From contig JAWOBF010000043.1 in the NCBI GenBank assembly GCA_046498225.1, positions 1-64,000 of the forward strand: a stretch of DNA of 64,000 nt, written 5' to 3'. This DNA is from Candidatus Aegiribacteria sp. (GTDB taxonomy: Bacteria > Fermentibacterota > Fermentibacteria > Fermentibacterales > JCC-6). The notes below the pieces were generated by a model. It had not been told where the DNA came from. It did no database searches and saw nothing but the letters and a program-made list of their open reading frames with translations. A program made the position numbers and the translations under genes. Positions 48,069 to 56,669 of the stretch are shown here, in pieces. The stretch's first letter is position 1; the number at the start of each line of letters is the position of its first letter.

Positions 48069-49094
48069 TCATGTTGTAGAGCTTTGAATCTCCTGCCGTA
48101 TTCTGTCGCTGACCCCGCATCTGTAGAAGTCACAGGCGGCGACCACGGCGTTTTTGATGGCTTTTGGGGTGCTGCTGCCGTGAGCCACGATAGAAACACC
48201 GTCCAGCCCCAGCAGAGGCGCGCCTCCGTACTCGGCGGAATCGAGTCTCTCCCACAGCTTGGAAAAGGAATGCCTCATGAGAAGATACCCCGCCCGTGAA
48301 GCCCAGTGACGCTTCATCTCCAGGTAGAGCGAACCTCCGACCATGTCAGCTATGGACTCGTACGTCTTGAGAAGCACGTTGCCGGCGAAACCGTCGCACA
48401 CAACCACATCGGCCTCGCCCTTGAGTATTCCGTCACCCTCTATATTGCCCCTGAAATTGAGCCGGGAATCCTCGAGCATACCGTAGAGCTCCTGCAGGAC
48501 CGCCGGGCCCTTGGTCCTTTCGTGGCCTACGTTCAGGACCAGGACCCTGGGGTCGTCGATATCGAAGACGCTTCTGGAATATGCGGTGCCCATAATGGCG
48601 AACTGGAACAGCTGATTCTCGTTGCATCCAACATTAGCCCCTACGTCCAGTATCACGGTGGGATTCTTCTGAGTAGGGACGGTTCCGGCTATCGCCGGCC
48701 TGGGTATCCCTTCTATTCTCCCGAGGGCGAAGAGACTGGCAGCCATCATGGCGCCGGTATTGCCCGGGCTGACCATGGCCTGGGCCAGGCCCTTCTTCTG
48801 AAGACCGGCCATGACCACCATGGAGCTGTTCGGCTTATTCTTCAGGGCTTCGGCCGGATGGTCGGTCATGGTTATGACCTGAGAGGCGTGCTGTATCGAA
48901 ATGGGAAGCTTCGCCCCTCCGCTCCTGCTAAGAAGCCCGGACAGGCAGTCCCGGTCTCCCACCAGGGTGATGGAAACGCCGTCGGTGACGGAACCGTCGC
49001 AGTCCCTGAAGAACTTCACCACTCCGCTCACGACAACGGCCGGCCCGTTGTCCCCTCCCATGGCGTCCACGGCTATATTGAAGTTTTCAGGCAA
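48069..49094 (-). CDS. plsX: Phosphate acyltransferase PlsX
   Basis: IAVDAMGGD, GNTGA, DVGAN, DGFAGNVLLK, HGSS. Confidence 0.96.
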   Translation of the reverse strand: MPENFNIAVDAMGGDNGPAVVVSGVVKFFRDCDGSVTDGVSITLVGDRDCLSGLLSRSGGAKLPISIQHASQVITMTDHPAEALKNKPNSSMVVMAGLQKKGLAQAMVSPGNTGAMMAASLFALGRIEGIPRPAIAGTVPTQKNPTVILDVGANVGCNENQLFQFAIMGTAYSRSVFDIDDPRVLVLNVGHERTKGPAVLQELYGMLEDSRLNFRGNIEGDGILKGEADVVVCDGFAGNVLLKTYESIADMVGGSLYLEMKRHWASRAGYLLMRHSFSKLWERLDSAEYGGAPLLGLDGVSIVAHGSSTPKAIKNAVVAACDFYRCGVSDRIRQEIQSSTT

Positions 49095-49139
49095 CTGCGA
49101 AATCCGTCCTTCCCGTTATCGGGATGAAAGTAAGGATGA

Positions 49140-49322
49140 TTATTCCTCTTCAGGTTCCGTTACCTGTCTGCCGTCGTAGAAACCGCAGTGCCTGCAGACC
49201 CGGTGAGGGATCCTGGGTTCTCCGCACTGGGGGCAGCTGCTGACCGACCTGGCCTTCAGGGCGTCGTGGGCCCTGCGCTTGTCTCTTCTTGTTGACGAAT
49301 GTCTTCTCTTGGGTACGGGCAT
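49140..49322 (-). CDS. rpmF: 50S ribosomal protein L32 (zinc-ribbon type)
   Basis: MPVPKRRHS..CPQCG..HRVCRHCGFY. Confidence 0.96.
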   Translation of the reverse strand: MPVPKRRHSSTRRDKRRAHDALKARSVSSCPQCGEPRIPHRVCRHCGFYDGRQVTEPEEE

Positions 49323-49398
49323 GATTCCTTCTCTTCCTAGACATCGTTGTTACGATCCGGGTTTGCGGCTGAAATTTACCGGGTAAACCGTAATATAC

Positions 49399-49827
49399 TC
49401 AAATATAATCTATTCCGGGGCAGTCGGAAGAGCAGAGGGGTTTTCCGGGTATGGAGAGTATTATGGCTTCCCTTACCGCTTCCAGCACGTTCAGTTCACC
49501 GGAATCGGATATCAGTTCCCTCGGTTCCTCTTCCGGCGCGGCAGGTATCCAGCTGTATTCCCGGATTATTTCCTCCCGGACCGGAAAAACCGCGGGCTGA
49601 AGACATCTGGCGCACCGGGTCTGAAAGCGCGCGTCAAAGCTGCCGGTGCAGATGACGGCTTTTTCCTCCAGGTCCACGGTCAGGTCCAGGACGCCTGTGT
49701 CCCCGGCAGGTTCAACATCTTCGATTGACCATTCCACATCCCTGAGAGGTATTATGAAACTGCCCCTGTTGGTGCCCCGGGAGAGGCTTCTCATGTCCAG
49801 CGCCAGTTTTTCCGTGTCCAGCTTCAC
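49399..49827 (-). CDS. YceD/DUF177 protein
   Basis: CARCL, P.KPLCSSDCPG; upstream of rpmF. Confidence 0.88.
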   Translation of the reverse strand: MKLDTEKLALDMRSLSRGTNRGSFIIPLRDVEWSIEDVEPAGDTGVLDLTVDLEEKAVICTGSFDARFQTRCARCLQPAVFPVREEIIREYSWIPAAPEEEPRELISDSGELNVLEAVREAIILSIPGKPLCSSDCPGIDYI

Positions 49828-51227
49828 CGTTCACCCGCCTCCCGGCGGAGATCGGAGGTGACCCGGTCCAGGAGCCTGTCCCTGGAATCGGGGGCATCGG
49901 ACTGGGCGTATATCCTGGCCAGCGGCTCGGTGCCCGAGAGCCTGATGAGTATCCAGTCTCCCCCCTCCAGAACAAGCCTGGTCCCGTCCGTACGGTCCAC
50001 CGATTCCACCCGCCGGCCGGCTACGGCCCCGGGACTGGAATCGAACCAGTTCTCCCGGATGAGTTCCCCGAGCGGCGGGGAAAGACGCATGTCCCTCCTG
50101 GATAAGAATATCCTTCCGTACCTTTTCCACAGCCCGGACAGCTGTGCGGCAAGCCCCGAGCCGGATGCGCATACCATCTCGGCCGCCATCAGGCATGCAA
50201 GTATTCCATCCTTCTCCGGGACGTGGCCGTCGATGGAGAGGCCTCCGCTCTCCTCGCCGGCAAGTATCACTCCGCCCCTGCGCATCTCGGCTCCGAGGTA
50301 CTTGAAACCAACCGGCGTAACCACCGTTTCCAGACCGTGGGCGGAGGCTACCCGGTCGAGAAGACTCCCCGTGGTAACGGACCTTACAACCCTGCCGGTG
50401 AAGCCCTTCCGCTTAACCAGGTAATCGAGAAGCAGAGGAAGGAAATCATGCGGAGAAACGAAACTGCCGTTCTCGTCCACTATTCCGAACCTGTCGGCAT
50501 CACCGTCGGTGGCTGCTCCAAGGGAGGCTCCGCTGGCCAGGACCTGCCTGCCGAGATCGACGGTACCGCTCTCACCGGGTTCAGGGTGCTGACGTCCGGC
50601 GAAAAGAGGGTCTCTGGTGCCGTTGAGAACCCTGACGGAAGCGCCGAGTTCCACCAGCAACCTGTCCAGAATACCGGCGCCTGTTCCGGAAAAAGCGTCA
50701 TATACAACTTTCAGTCCGCTGTCCCTGAAGGCTTCGGGATCCAGGTACTCCATGATGTCCGGAATGTAATCGATCCTAAGGTCCGCTGAAGTCACGGAAC
50801 CGGTTCCGGCGGCAGGTTTCTCTCCCGAATCTATCAGCTCCTCTATTTCGGAGGTCATTCCGTCATCGGCGGGTCCCCCGTGCCACGGGCTGAACTTGAT
50901 TCCGTTGTACAGCGGGGGATTGTGGCTGGCGGTGAAATTGATGATGCCGCCGTGCCCTCCCTTTCTGCAGGCATGGGATAGCACCGGGGTGGGGCAGGGT
51001 CCATCGGAGAGTATCACGTCAAAACCGTACTCGGACATCCTCTCCGCGACCGATTCCGAAAGCTCCGGGGAAAGGAAGCGGCAATCGCCGCCCACTACCA
51101 GCGTGTTCCTGCCTTCGCGCTGCAGCAGGACCCCGATGGCGTCCGCCACCCTGTTCACCCTTTCCCAGGTGAATTCCCTGGCGATTATCCCTCTCCAGCC
51201 GGAAGTTCCGAACCTTATCCGCATCAC
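49824..51227 (-). CDS. Phosphoglucomutase/phosphomannomutase
   Basis: FGTSGWRG, TASHNP, DGDADR, GEESGG, RLSGTEP. Confidence 0.93.
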   Translation of the reverse strand: MMRIRFGTSGWRGIIAREFTWERVNRVADAIGVLLQREGRNTLVVGGDCRFLSPELSESVAERMSEYGFDVILSDGPCPTPVLSHACRKGGHGGIINFTASHNPPLYNGIKFSPWHGGPADDGMTSEIEELIDSGEKPAAGTGSVTSADLRIDYIPDIMEYLDPEAFRDSGLKVVYDAFSGTGAGILDRLLVELGASVRVLNGTRDPLFAGRQHPEPGESGTVDLGRQVLASGASLGAATDGDADRFGIVDENGSFVSPHDFLPLLLDYLVKRKGFTGRVVRSVTTGSLLDRVASAHGLETVVTPVGFKYLGAEMRRGGVILAGEESGGLSIDGHVPEKDGILACLMAAEMVCASGSGLAAQLSGLWKRYGRIFLSRRDMRLSPPLGELIRENWFDSSPGAVAGRRVESVDRTDGTRLVLEGGDWILIRLSGTEPLARIYAQSDAPDSRDRLLDRVTSDLRREAGER

Positions 51228-52705
51228 TCCCCCTCCCTGAGGAACTGAAGCGCTCTCTGAATGCCGTCGTCATGGGGCGTCATAACCCTGTAGTACATCT
51301 CGCGGTCCCAGACCCTGCCGGCTATCTCCGAGAAGAGGGCGGTCTCGATGTAGAAGAGGTTGTCGGTGAATTCGCCCTCCTCCCATTCGATGCCCCGGTC
51401 CAGGAGGTACTGCCTGAACTCCGCAATCGTGCTTTCATCCGGCCAGAAATCCTCCTCGATATCGTGCTCCTGGACGTATTCAGTGGCGAAATTGAAGAAC
51501 TCCGAACCCAGGTAGAGTTCCGCCGGAAGGGAACCGGACAGATGCTGGGAGTCCAATTCGATGTCGGGGACTATTCCCCAGGTGGCCAGGGAATCGTCAA
51601 CCTCCTGGCCGTTCATGTAATCCTCATCCATGGTCCTGTCTATGCTCCTGCCGCTGGGAGTGTAGTATCTGGCTGTGGTGAGCTTGACGCCGTAATGGCC
51701 GAGATTGGGGAATTCCCCGAGGTCCATGAGGGTCTGGACCGAACCCTTTCCGAATGTCCTGCTTCCTATGAGGGTGGCGGCGTCGTTATCCTGAAGGGCG
51801 CCTGCCAGTATCTCCGAGGAGCTTGCGCTTGCTCCGTCCACAAGCAGCACCAGCCGCCCGCCGAACAGCACGCCCTTTGATGTGTAGTAGTCGTCCCGCC
51901 CTACTGCCTTGCCCCGGGTGGACACAACCAGGGTGCCGGAGGGAAGGAAGAAGTCGGCCACTTCCACCGCGGCTGAGAACAGACCTCCGGCGTTGCCCCT
52001 GATATCAAGTATCAGGCTTTCCGCTCCCCGGTCCACAAGGTCATTTGTGGCCTCCATGACCTCCTTTCCCGTTTCCTCACCGAACCTGGCAAGACGAATG
52101 TAACCGACGGCGTCATCTATCATGAAGTTCGCGCTGACCGATGGCAGGTCTATCACATCGCGCTGAATGTTGAACTCCAGGGAATCCGAAATACCGGGCC
52201 GGACCACGGTGAGGTCCACCGTTGTGCCTTCAGGCCCCCTGATCTGCATCACGGCCTCGGTGGTGGTGATACCCTCGGTGGAGCTGCCGTCTATCTCCAC
52301 TATCCTGTCACCCGCCTTCATTCCGGCCCTGAAGGCCGGGGTACCCTCCACCGGGGCGATGACGGTCAGCCAGTCCTCCCTGATGCCGATGGTTATTCCC
52401 ACACCCTCGAAGGAGCCGGAGAGCTGAATTCTCAGGTTCTCGTAATCGTCCGGGTTCAGCAGCACGCTGTTGGGGTCCAGCGAATCCAGCATTCCCCTCA
52501 GCGCCGCCTCTATGAGTTCCTGGGAATCCAGTGAATCAACATAGGTCACGCTGGTCCTGGAGAAGACGTCCATGAAAAGCTCTATGGAGGAATTCGTCGT
52601 CACCGCGTCGTAGGCGATGGCGGAGGGAAGCAGCATCAGACCGGCAGCGACTATCAGGCCGGCGGCTAGCACGACTGTTACCCATCCGGGCAGAAATTTT
52701 TTCAT
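51224..52705 (-). CDS. Carboxy-terminal processing protease (S41, PDZ)
   Basis: GVGITI PDZ, DIRGNAGG, SASSSEILAGALQD, TFGKGSVQ. Confidence 0.92.
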   Translation of the reverse strand: MKKFLPGWVTVVLAAGLIVAAGLMLLPSAIAYDAVTTNSSIELFMDVFSRTSVTYVDSLDSQELIEAALRGMLDSLDPNSVLLNPDDYENLRIQLSGSFEGVGITIGIREDWLTVIAPVEGTPAFRAGMKAGDRIVEIDGSSTEGITTTEAVMQIRGPEGTTVDLTVVRPGISDSLEFNIQRDVIDLPSVSANFMIDDAVGYIRLARFGEETGKEVMEATNDLVDRGAESLILDIRGNAGGLFSAAVEVADFFLPSGTLVVSTRGKAVGRDDYYTSKGVLFGGRLVLLVDGASASSSEILAGALQDNDAATLIGSRTFGKGSVQTLMDLGEFPNLGHYGVKLTTARYYTPSGRSIDRTMDEDYMNGQEVDDSLATWGIVPDIELDSQHLSGSLPAELYLGSEFFNFATEYVQEHDIEEDFWPDESTIAEFRQYLLDRGIEWEEGEFTDNLFYIETALFSEIAGRVWDREMYYRVMTPHDDGIQRALQFLREGE

Positions 52706-53367
52706 GGCTTTTCTCCTCCGCTGTCACTTTCGGTTATCAGCTCGATCACTCTGCTCTCTATAATCCTGTCCTGGACTTCAGGTTCCTCGGCGGCATCTAT
52801 GACCAGGTACCTGTCGTTCTCCCCGGCCAGCTGCAGATATTTATTCCTCACCCTGCGATGGAAGCGGATCTCCTCCCGTTCTATCCTGTCCCTCTGCCTG
52901 CCCTGCCTCTGAAGTCTCTTCATTCCCGTTTCCGGGTCCAGGTCCAGCAGGATGACCAGGTCCGGCAGAAGCCCGCCGGTGGCCAGACTGTCGGCGTTCC
53001 TTACGGGAGTCTCGGGAAGTCCGCGTCCACCGATCTGGTAGGCGAAGGTAGCGTCGGAGAACCTCTCGCACACCACGTTGATACCCTCCGCCATGGCCGG
53101 CCTGACCACCAGGTCCACGTTGGAGGCCCGGGACGCCAGGTAGAGCATCAGTTCGGTGAGAGGGGTTACCTTCAACCGGGGGTCGAGAAGTATGGCCCGA
53201 ACTTTTTCCGAGGCGGGGGTTCCGCCGGGTTCACGGGTGTGAATGACGGGTATTCCGCCGGCCTCCAGAGATTCCACAAGCCTTCGGCAGCGAGTGGACT
53301 TGCCCGCCCCCTCCACTCCCTCGAAGGTAATGAAACGTCCGGTATGGCCGGCTTCATTGATCTTCAA
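52702..53367 (-). CDS. tmk: Thymidylate kinase
   Basis: FITFEGVEGAGKST, TREPGG, ERFSDATFAYQ. Confidence 0.95.
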   Translation of the reverse strand: MKINEAGHTGRFITFEGVEGAGKSTRCRRLVESLEAGGIPVIHTREPGGTPASEKVRAILLDPRLKVTPLTELMLYLASRASNVDLVVRPAMAEGINVVCERFSDATFAYQIGGRGLPETPVRNADSLATGGLLPDLVILLDLDPETGMKRLQRQGRQRDRIEREEIRFHRRVRNKYLQLAGENDRYLVIDAAEEPEVQDRIIESRVIELITESDSGGEKP

Positions 53368-53370
53368 GAG

Positions 53371-54492
53371 CTATTTCTTAGGCTTCTTCTCCGAAGCCTT
53401 CGTCTCCTGCTTGTTCTGGTGGTACTGCTCTATGTAGTCCTCTGTCATCCTGCGGCACTGGTCATCGTAATACTGGACCGGAGGCGACTTGAAGAAGTAG
53501 GATGAGGGAGCCTCTATCGCTCCGGAGAGCCCGTTGTCAAGAGCCAGCTTGGCGCATCTGACGGCATCGATGATAACCCCGGCGGAATTGGGGCTGTCCA
53601 CCACCTCCAGCTTCGCCTCGATGTTCAGGGGGACCTCTCCGAAACTGGTGCCCTCCATTCGAATGTAGCACCACTTCCTGTCATCCAGCCACTCTATGTA
53701 ATCGCTGGGACCGATATGGACGTTCCTCGGCTCCAGTCCCCCGGGAAGCTGAGAGGTAACCGCGTTGGTCTTGGATATCTTCTTGCTCTCCAGCCTTTCC
53801 CTCTCCAGCATGTTCAGGAAATCGGTGTTGCCTCCCACGTTCAGCTGATAGGTCCTGTCGAGCCTGACCCCCCTGTCCTCGTAAAGCCTTGTCATCACCC
53901 TGTGAAGGATGGTGGCTCCCACCTGGCTCTTTATGTCGTCGCCCAGGACGGGAAGGCCGCGGTCACGGAATCGCTTCTGCCAGTAGGCCTCGCCGGCTAT
54001 GAAGACCGGAATGGCGTTGACGAACGCGCAACCGGCGTCCAGTATCTGTTCAACGTACCATTTGGTGGCCTCTTCGCTTCCTACAGGAAGGTAGCTGACT
54101 ACTACGTCGGTCTTTGTCTCCTTCAGAATGCCCACTATGTCCGAGGTGGGGCCCGGCGCCTTTTCGATGACTTCCTTCAGATATTTCCCCAGGCCGTCAT
54201 GGGTCATTCCCCTGTGAACCTTTACGCCCATCTTGGGAACGTCACAGAGCTTCACGGTACAGTTGGGCTCTGCGAAGATGGCCTCGCTGAGATCCTTTCC
54301 GACCTTGGTGACGTTGATATCGAAGGCGGCGGAGAACTCGACATCGTTAATGTGATAGCCGCCCAGGTTCACGTGCATCAGCCCCGGGACCTTCTCCGTG
54401 TCCCTGGCGTTACGGTAGAACTCCACGCCCTGAACCAGACTGCTGGCGCAGTTGCCTACACCGATTATGGCTACTCTCACTTTCTTGGACAT
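53371..54492 (-). CDS. ino1: myo-inositol-1-phosphate synthase
   Basis: [45 protein letters not shown]. Confidence 0.95.
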   Translation of the reverse strand: MSKKVRVAIIGVGNCASSLVQGVEFYRNARDTEKVPGLMHVNLGGYHINDVEFSAAFDINVTKVGKDLSEAIFAEPNCTVKLCDVPKMGVKVHRGMTHDGLGKYLKEVIEKAPGPTSDIVGILKETKTDVVVSYLPVGSEEATKWYVEQILDAGCAFVNAIPVFIAGEAYWQKRFRDRGLPVLGDDIKSQVGATILHRVMTRLYEDRGVRLDRTYQLNVGGNTDFLNMLERERLESKKISKTNAVTSQLPGGLEPRNVHIGPSDYIEWLDDRKWCYIRMEGTSFGEVPLNIEAKLEVVDSPNSAGVIIDAVRCAKLALDNGLSGAIEAPSSYFFKSPPVQYYDDQCRRMTEDYIEQYHQNKQETKASEKKPKK

Positions 54493-54544
54493 TCATATCC
54501 TCCCTGAAGGGATTGAACGAATAAATAAACGGCCTGCAGGAGTC

Positions 54545-55153
54545 TCATTCCTCATCCAGCGCGACTCCTCTGCCGTCCCTGATTACTCTTGCGAACCTCT
54601 GCGCCGCGGTGAACCAGGTCCCCGCGGACATCACCGCCAGCATGATGACTATGGCCCGTGTGTCCCACAGGCCGGCGGCCACCAGGCCGGCTATCAGAAG
54701 GACCAGCCTCTCCGTTCTGGTGAATATACCAACAGAACCGAAAAGTTTCACTCCCTCTGCCCTGGCCCTGATATAGCTGACCATGTACGAGCCTCCGATG
54801 GCGGCCGGGACCAGATAGACCAGCGAATGATGAACAGAACCCGCTTCTCCCGCAAGCATCGCGCCGAAGATAAACAGTTCGCCGACCCGGTCGGAGCTGG
54901 AATCGAAGACCGCCCCCGCCTTGCTGACTATGCCCTTCCTGCGGGCAAGCTCCCCGTCGACTGCATCCAGGATGCTTCCGCCGGCGAGGAATGCCGTTCC
55001 CGCAATGTAACTGCCACCCCATACGAACCATGCGGCCACGGCCGTGAGCAGCAATCCCGCGGTTGTGACCGAGAAGGGTCCAACTCCCATGCCCAGAAGC
55101 AGCCTTACAAGGGGTTCAAGCAATCTCCTGCCGGCGTCCTTAATATCGTCCAG
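54545..55153 (-). CDS. CDP-alcohol phosphatidyltransferase, PI(P) synthase-like
   Basis: DAVDGELAR..GAVFDSSSDRVGE, SYIRARAE, RTER; start either CTG 55153 (SD AGGGGG) or TTG 55123. Confidence 0.85.
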   Translation of the reverse strand: MDDIKDAGRRLLEPLVRLLLGMGVGPFSVTTAGLLLTAVAAWFVWGGSYIAGTAFLAGGSILDAVDGELARRKGIVSKAGAVFDSSSDRVGELFIFGAMLAGEAGSVHHSLVYLVPAAIGGSYMVSYIRARAEGVKLFGSVGIFTRTERLVLLIAGLVAAGLWDTRAIVIMLAVMSAGTWFTAAQRFARVIRDGRGVALDEE

Positions 55154-55189
55154 GTTAAATCATCCCCCCTGGAAACAGTTCCGCAAAGC

Positions 55190-55223
55190 ATTGTAAAATA
55201 GAGCCGGCGGATGTCATCGTCAA
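55190..55223 (-). promoter_or_regulatory. Putative internal promoter for the PIP-synthase/ino1 unit
   Basis: TTGACG-17-TATTTT and overlapping ATGACA-16-TACAAT. Confidence 0.5.
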
Positions 55224-55918
55224 TCAAAAAGACCGGATTCCACACCCGCTCCACCTACAACCAGCGTTATCTCCCCGCGGACCTTCTTTTCGGAGAAGTG
55301 CTCCGCTGCCATTTCGATGTTTCCCCGCACGTACTCCTCATGGAGCTTGGTCATCTCCCTGGCTACACAGACAGGTCTGTTGCCAAGAATTCGCCTCATT
55401 TCCTCCAGATACCTGAGGAGATGATGGGGACCAAGGTAATATACAATGGAACCGGCGTAGGTGGACATCTCTTCCAGCCTGGAGGTTCTGGCCCCGCTCT
55501 TCCGTGGAAGGAATCCCTCGAAGGCGAACCTGTCGGTGGGCAGCCCTGACGCGGCAAGAGCGCAGACCACCGCGGAGGGACCGGGCACCGCTGTCACCTG
55601 ATGACCGTCTTCCAGAGCCGCCCGCACAGCGCGGTATGCGGGGTCGGATATACCGGGCATTCCGGCGTCGGAGACCAGGGCCACGGTAAGTCCGTCCGTG
55701 AGGAACCCCAGTATCTGGGGGATTCTGCCCGAGGCATTGTGGTCATGGTAACTGTACAGCCTTCGGCGGTCTTCCACGAACTTCGCCGTCCTCCTGGTAT
55801 CCTCCGCCATCACCACATGCGCCGTGGCGATGGTCTCCCGGGCACGGGGAGATATGTCGGACAGGTTTCCGATGGGCGTCCCCACCAGCACCAGCTTTCC
55901 ATCTCCGCCCGGCGTCAT
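55220..55918 (-). CDS. rsmI: 16S rRNA C1402 2'-O-methyltransferase
   Basis: GTPIGNLSDIS, AEDTR, SDAGMPGISDP, REMTKLHEE. Confidence 0.95.
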   Translation of the reverse strand: MTPGGDGKLVLVGTPIGNLSDISPRARETIATAHVVMAEDTRRTAKFVEDRRRLYSYHDHNASGRIPQILGFLTDGLTVALVSDAGMPGISDPAYRAVRAALEDGHQVTAVPGPSAVVCALAASGLPTDRFAFEGFLPRKSGARTSRLEEMSTYAGSIVYYLGPHHLLRYLEEMRRILGNRPVCVAREMTKLHEEYVRGNIEMAAEHFSEKKVRGEITLVVGGAGVESGLFD

Positions 55919-56172
55919 TCCCCTGCGTCCTCCCGACCGCGCCGGTCAGTTCTCTCCAGGAGCCTTCTCTGAAGTTCCGCCACCCTGCCGGAAAGCTCCT
56001 CCGTTTCCCGGAGGTTCCTTCTGAACTGTACATCGAGAACGTCTCCCTCCCTGCTGCCGGGGGGAAGGTACCGGGCGGGAACCAGCCAGGACTGGCCGTC
56101 CTCCGTTATCAGGACCGCCAGATCCTCCTCTATCCTGTCAAGCGAAACCATCAATCCATTTTCAAGAGCCAT
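55915..56172 (-). CDS. DUF3006-like small protein
   Basis: LDRIEEDLAVL..LP..REGDVL pattern; GGAGG SD. Confidence 0.75.
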   Translation of the reverse strand: MALENGLMVSLDRIEEDLAVLITEDGQSWLVPARYLPPGSREGDVLDVQFRRNLRETEELSGRVAELQRRLLERTDRRGREDAGE

Positions 56173-56187
56173 ATCCCTCCCTCAGGC

Positions 56188-56228
56188 AAATGTCCCATTT
56201 TCAGCCCCGGCACCGAAATGGGACATTT
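56188..56228. repeat. 13-bp perfect inverted repeat with 15-nt spacer
   Basis: aaatgtcccattt (56188-56200) ... aaatgggacattt (56216-56228). Confidence 0.9.
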
Positions 56229-56638
56229 CCGAAGAACAGTACAGTTATTCCCAGGCCGGCGGCAAGTCCGGTTAGCATTCTCAGCAGGTTGCCGCTCTGG
56301 TAGATATTGTGATACTGCAGAAGCCCGTCGACGGCAAGGGGAAGCAGGGCGGGAATTCCAGCCCAGAACGGAACGCGTATCGCGGGCCTGTACATCAGGA
56401 CGGTTCCCGCGGCGGCTCCCAGCCAGAAGGCGGTACATCTGGCGCAGAGGGCCGAGTACCCCCACGGCAGCAGCACAGACCGGGAGGGCAGCCGGTGGCA
56501 TACGGCGGAAAGCGCGGGGTCGAGGAAACCGCAGGCCTTCCCGGTGAGAGGTCCGGCCATGGAAAGGGCGAAAAGCAGGAAGGAGGGCACACCCAGCATA
56601 AGAGCCAGGACGAGCCTCCCCCCGCTGAACCGTTTCAT
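56201..56638 (-). CDS. DUF2085-like membrane protein
   Basis: VCHRLPSRS, LCARC, DGLLQ, SGNLLRMLTG. Confidence 0.82.
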   Translation of the reverse strand: MKRFSGGRLVLALMLGVPSFLLFALSMAGPLTGKACGFLDPALSAVCHRLPSRSVLLPWGYSALCARCTAFWLGAAAGTVLMYRPAIRVPFWAGIPALLPLAVDGLLQYHNIYQSGNLLRMLTGLAAGLGITVLFFGNVPFRCRG

Positions 56639-56669
56639 CGGCTGCCTTCCCCGCAGACGGCCCTGAGGT

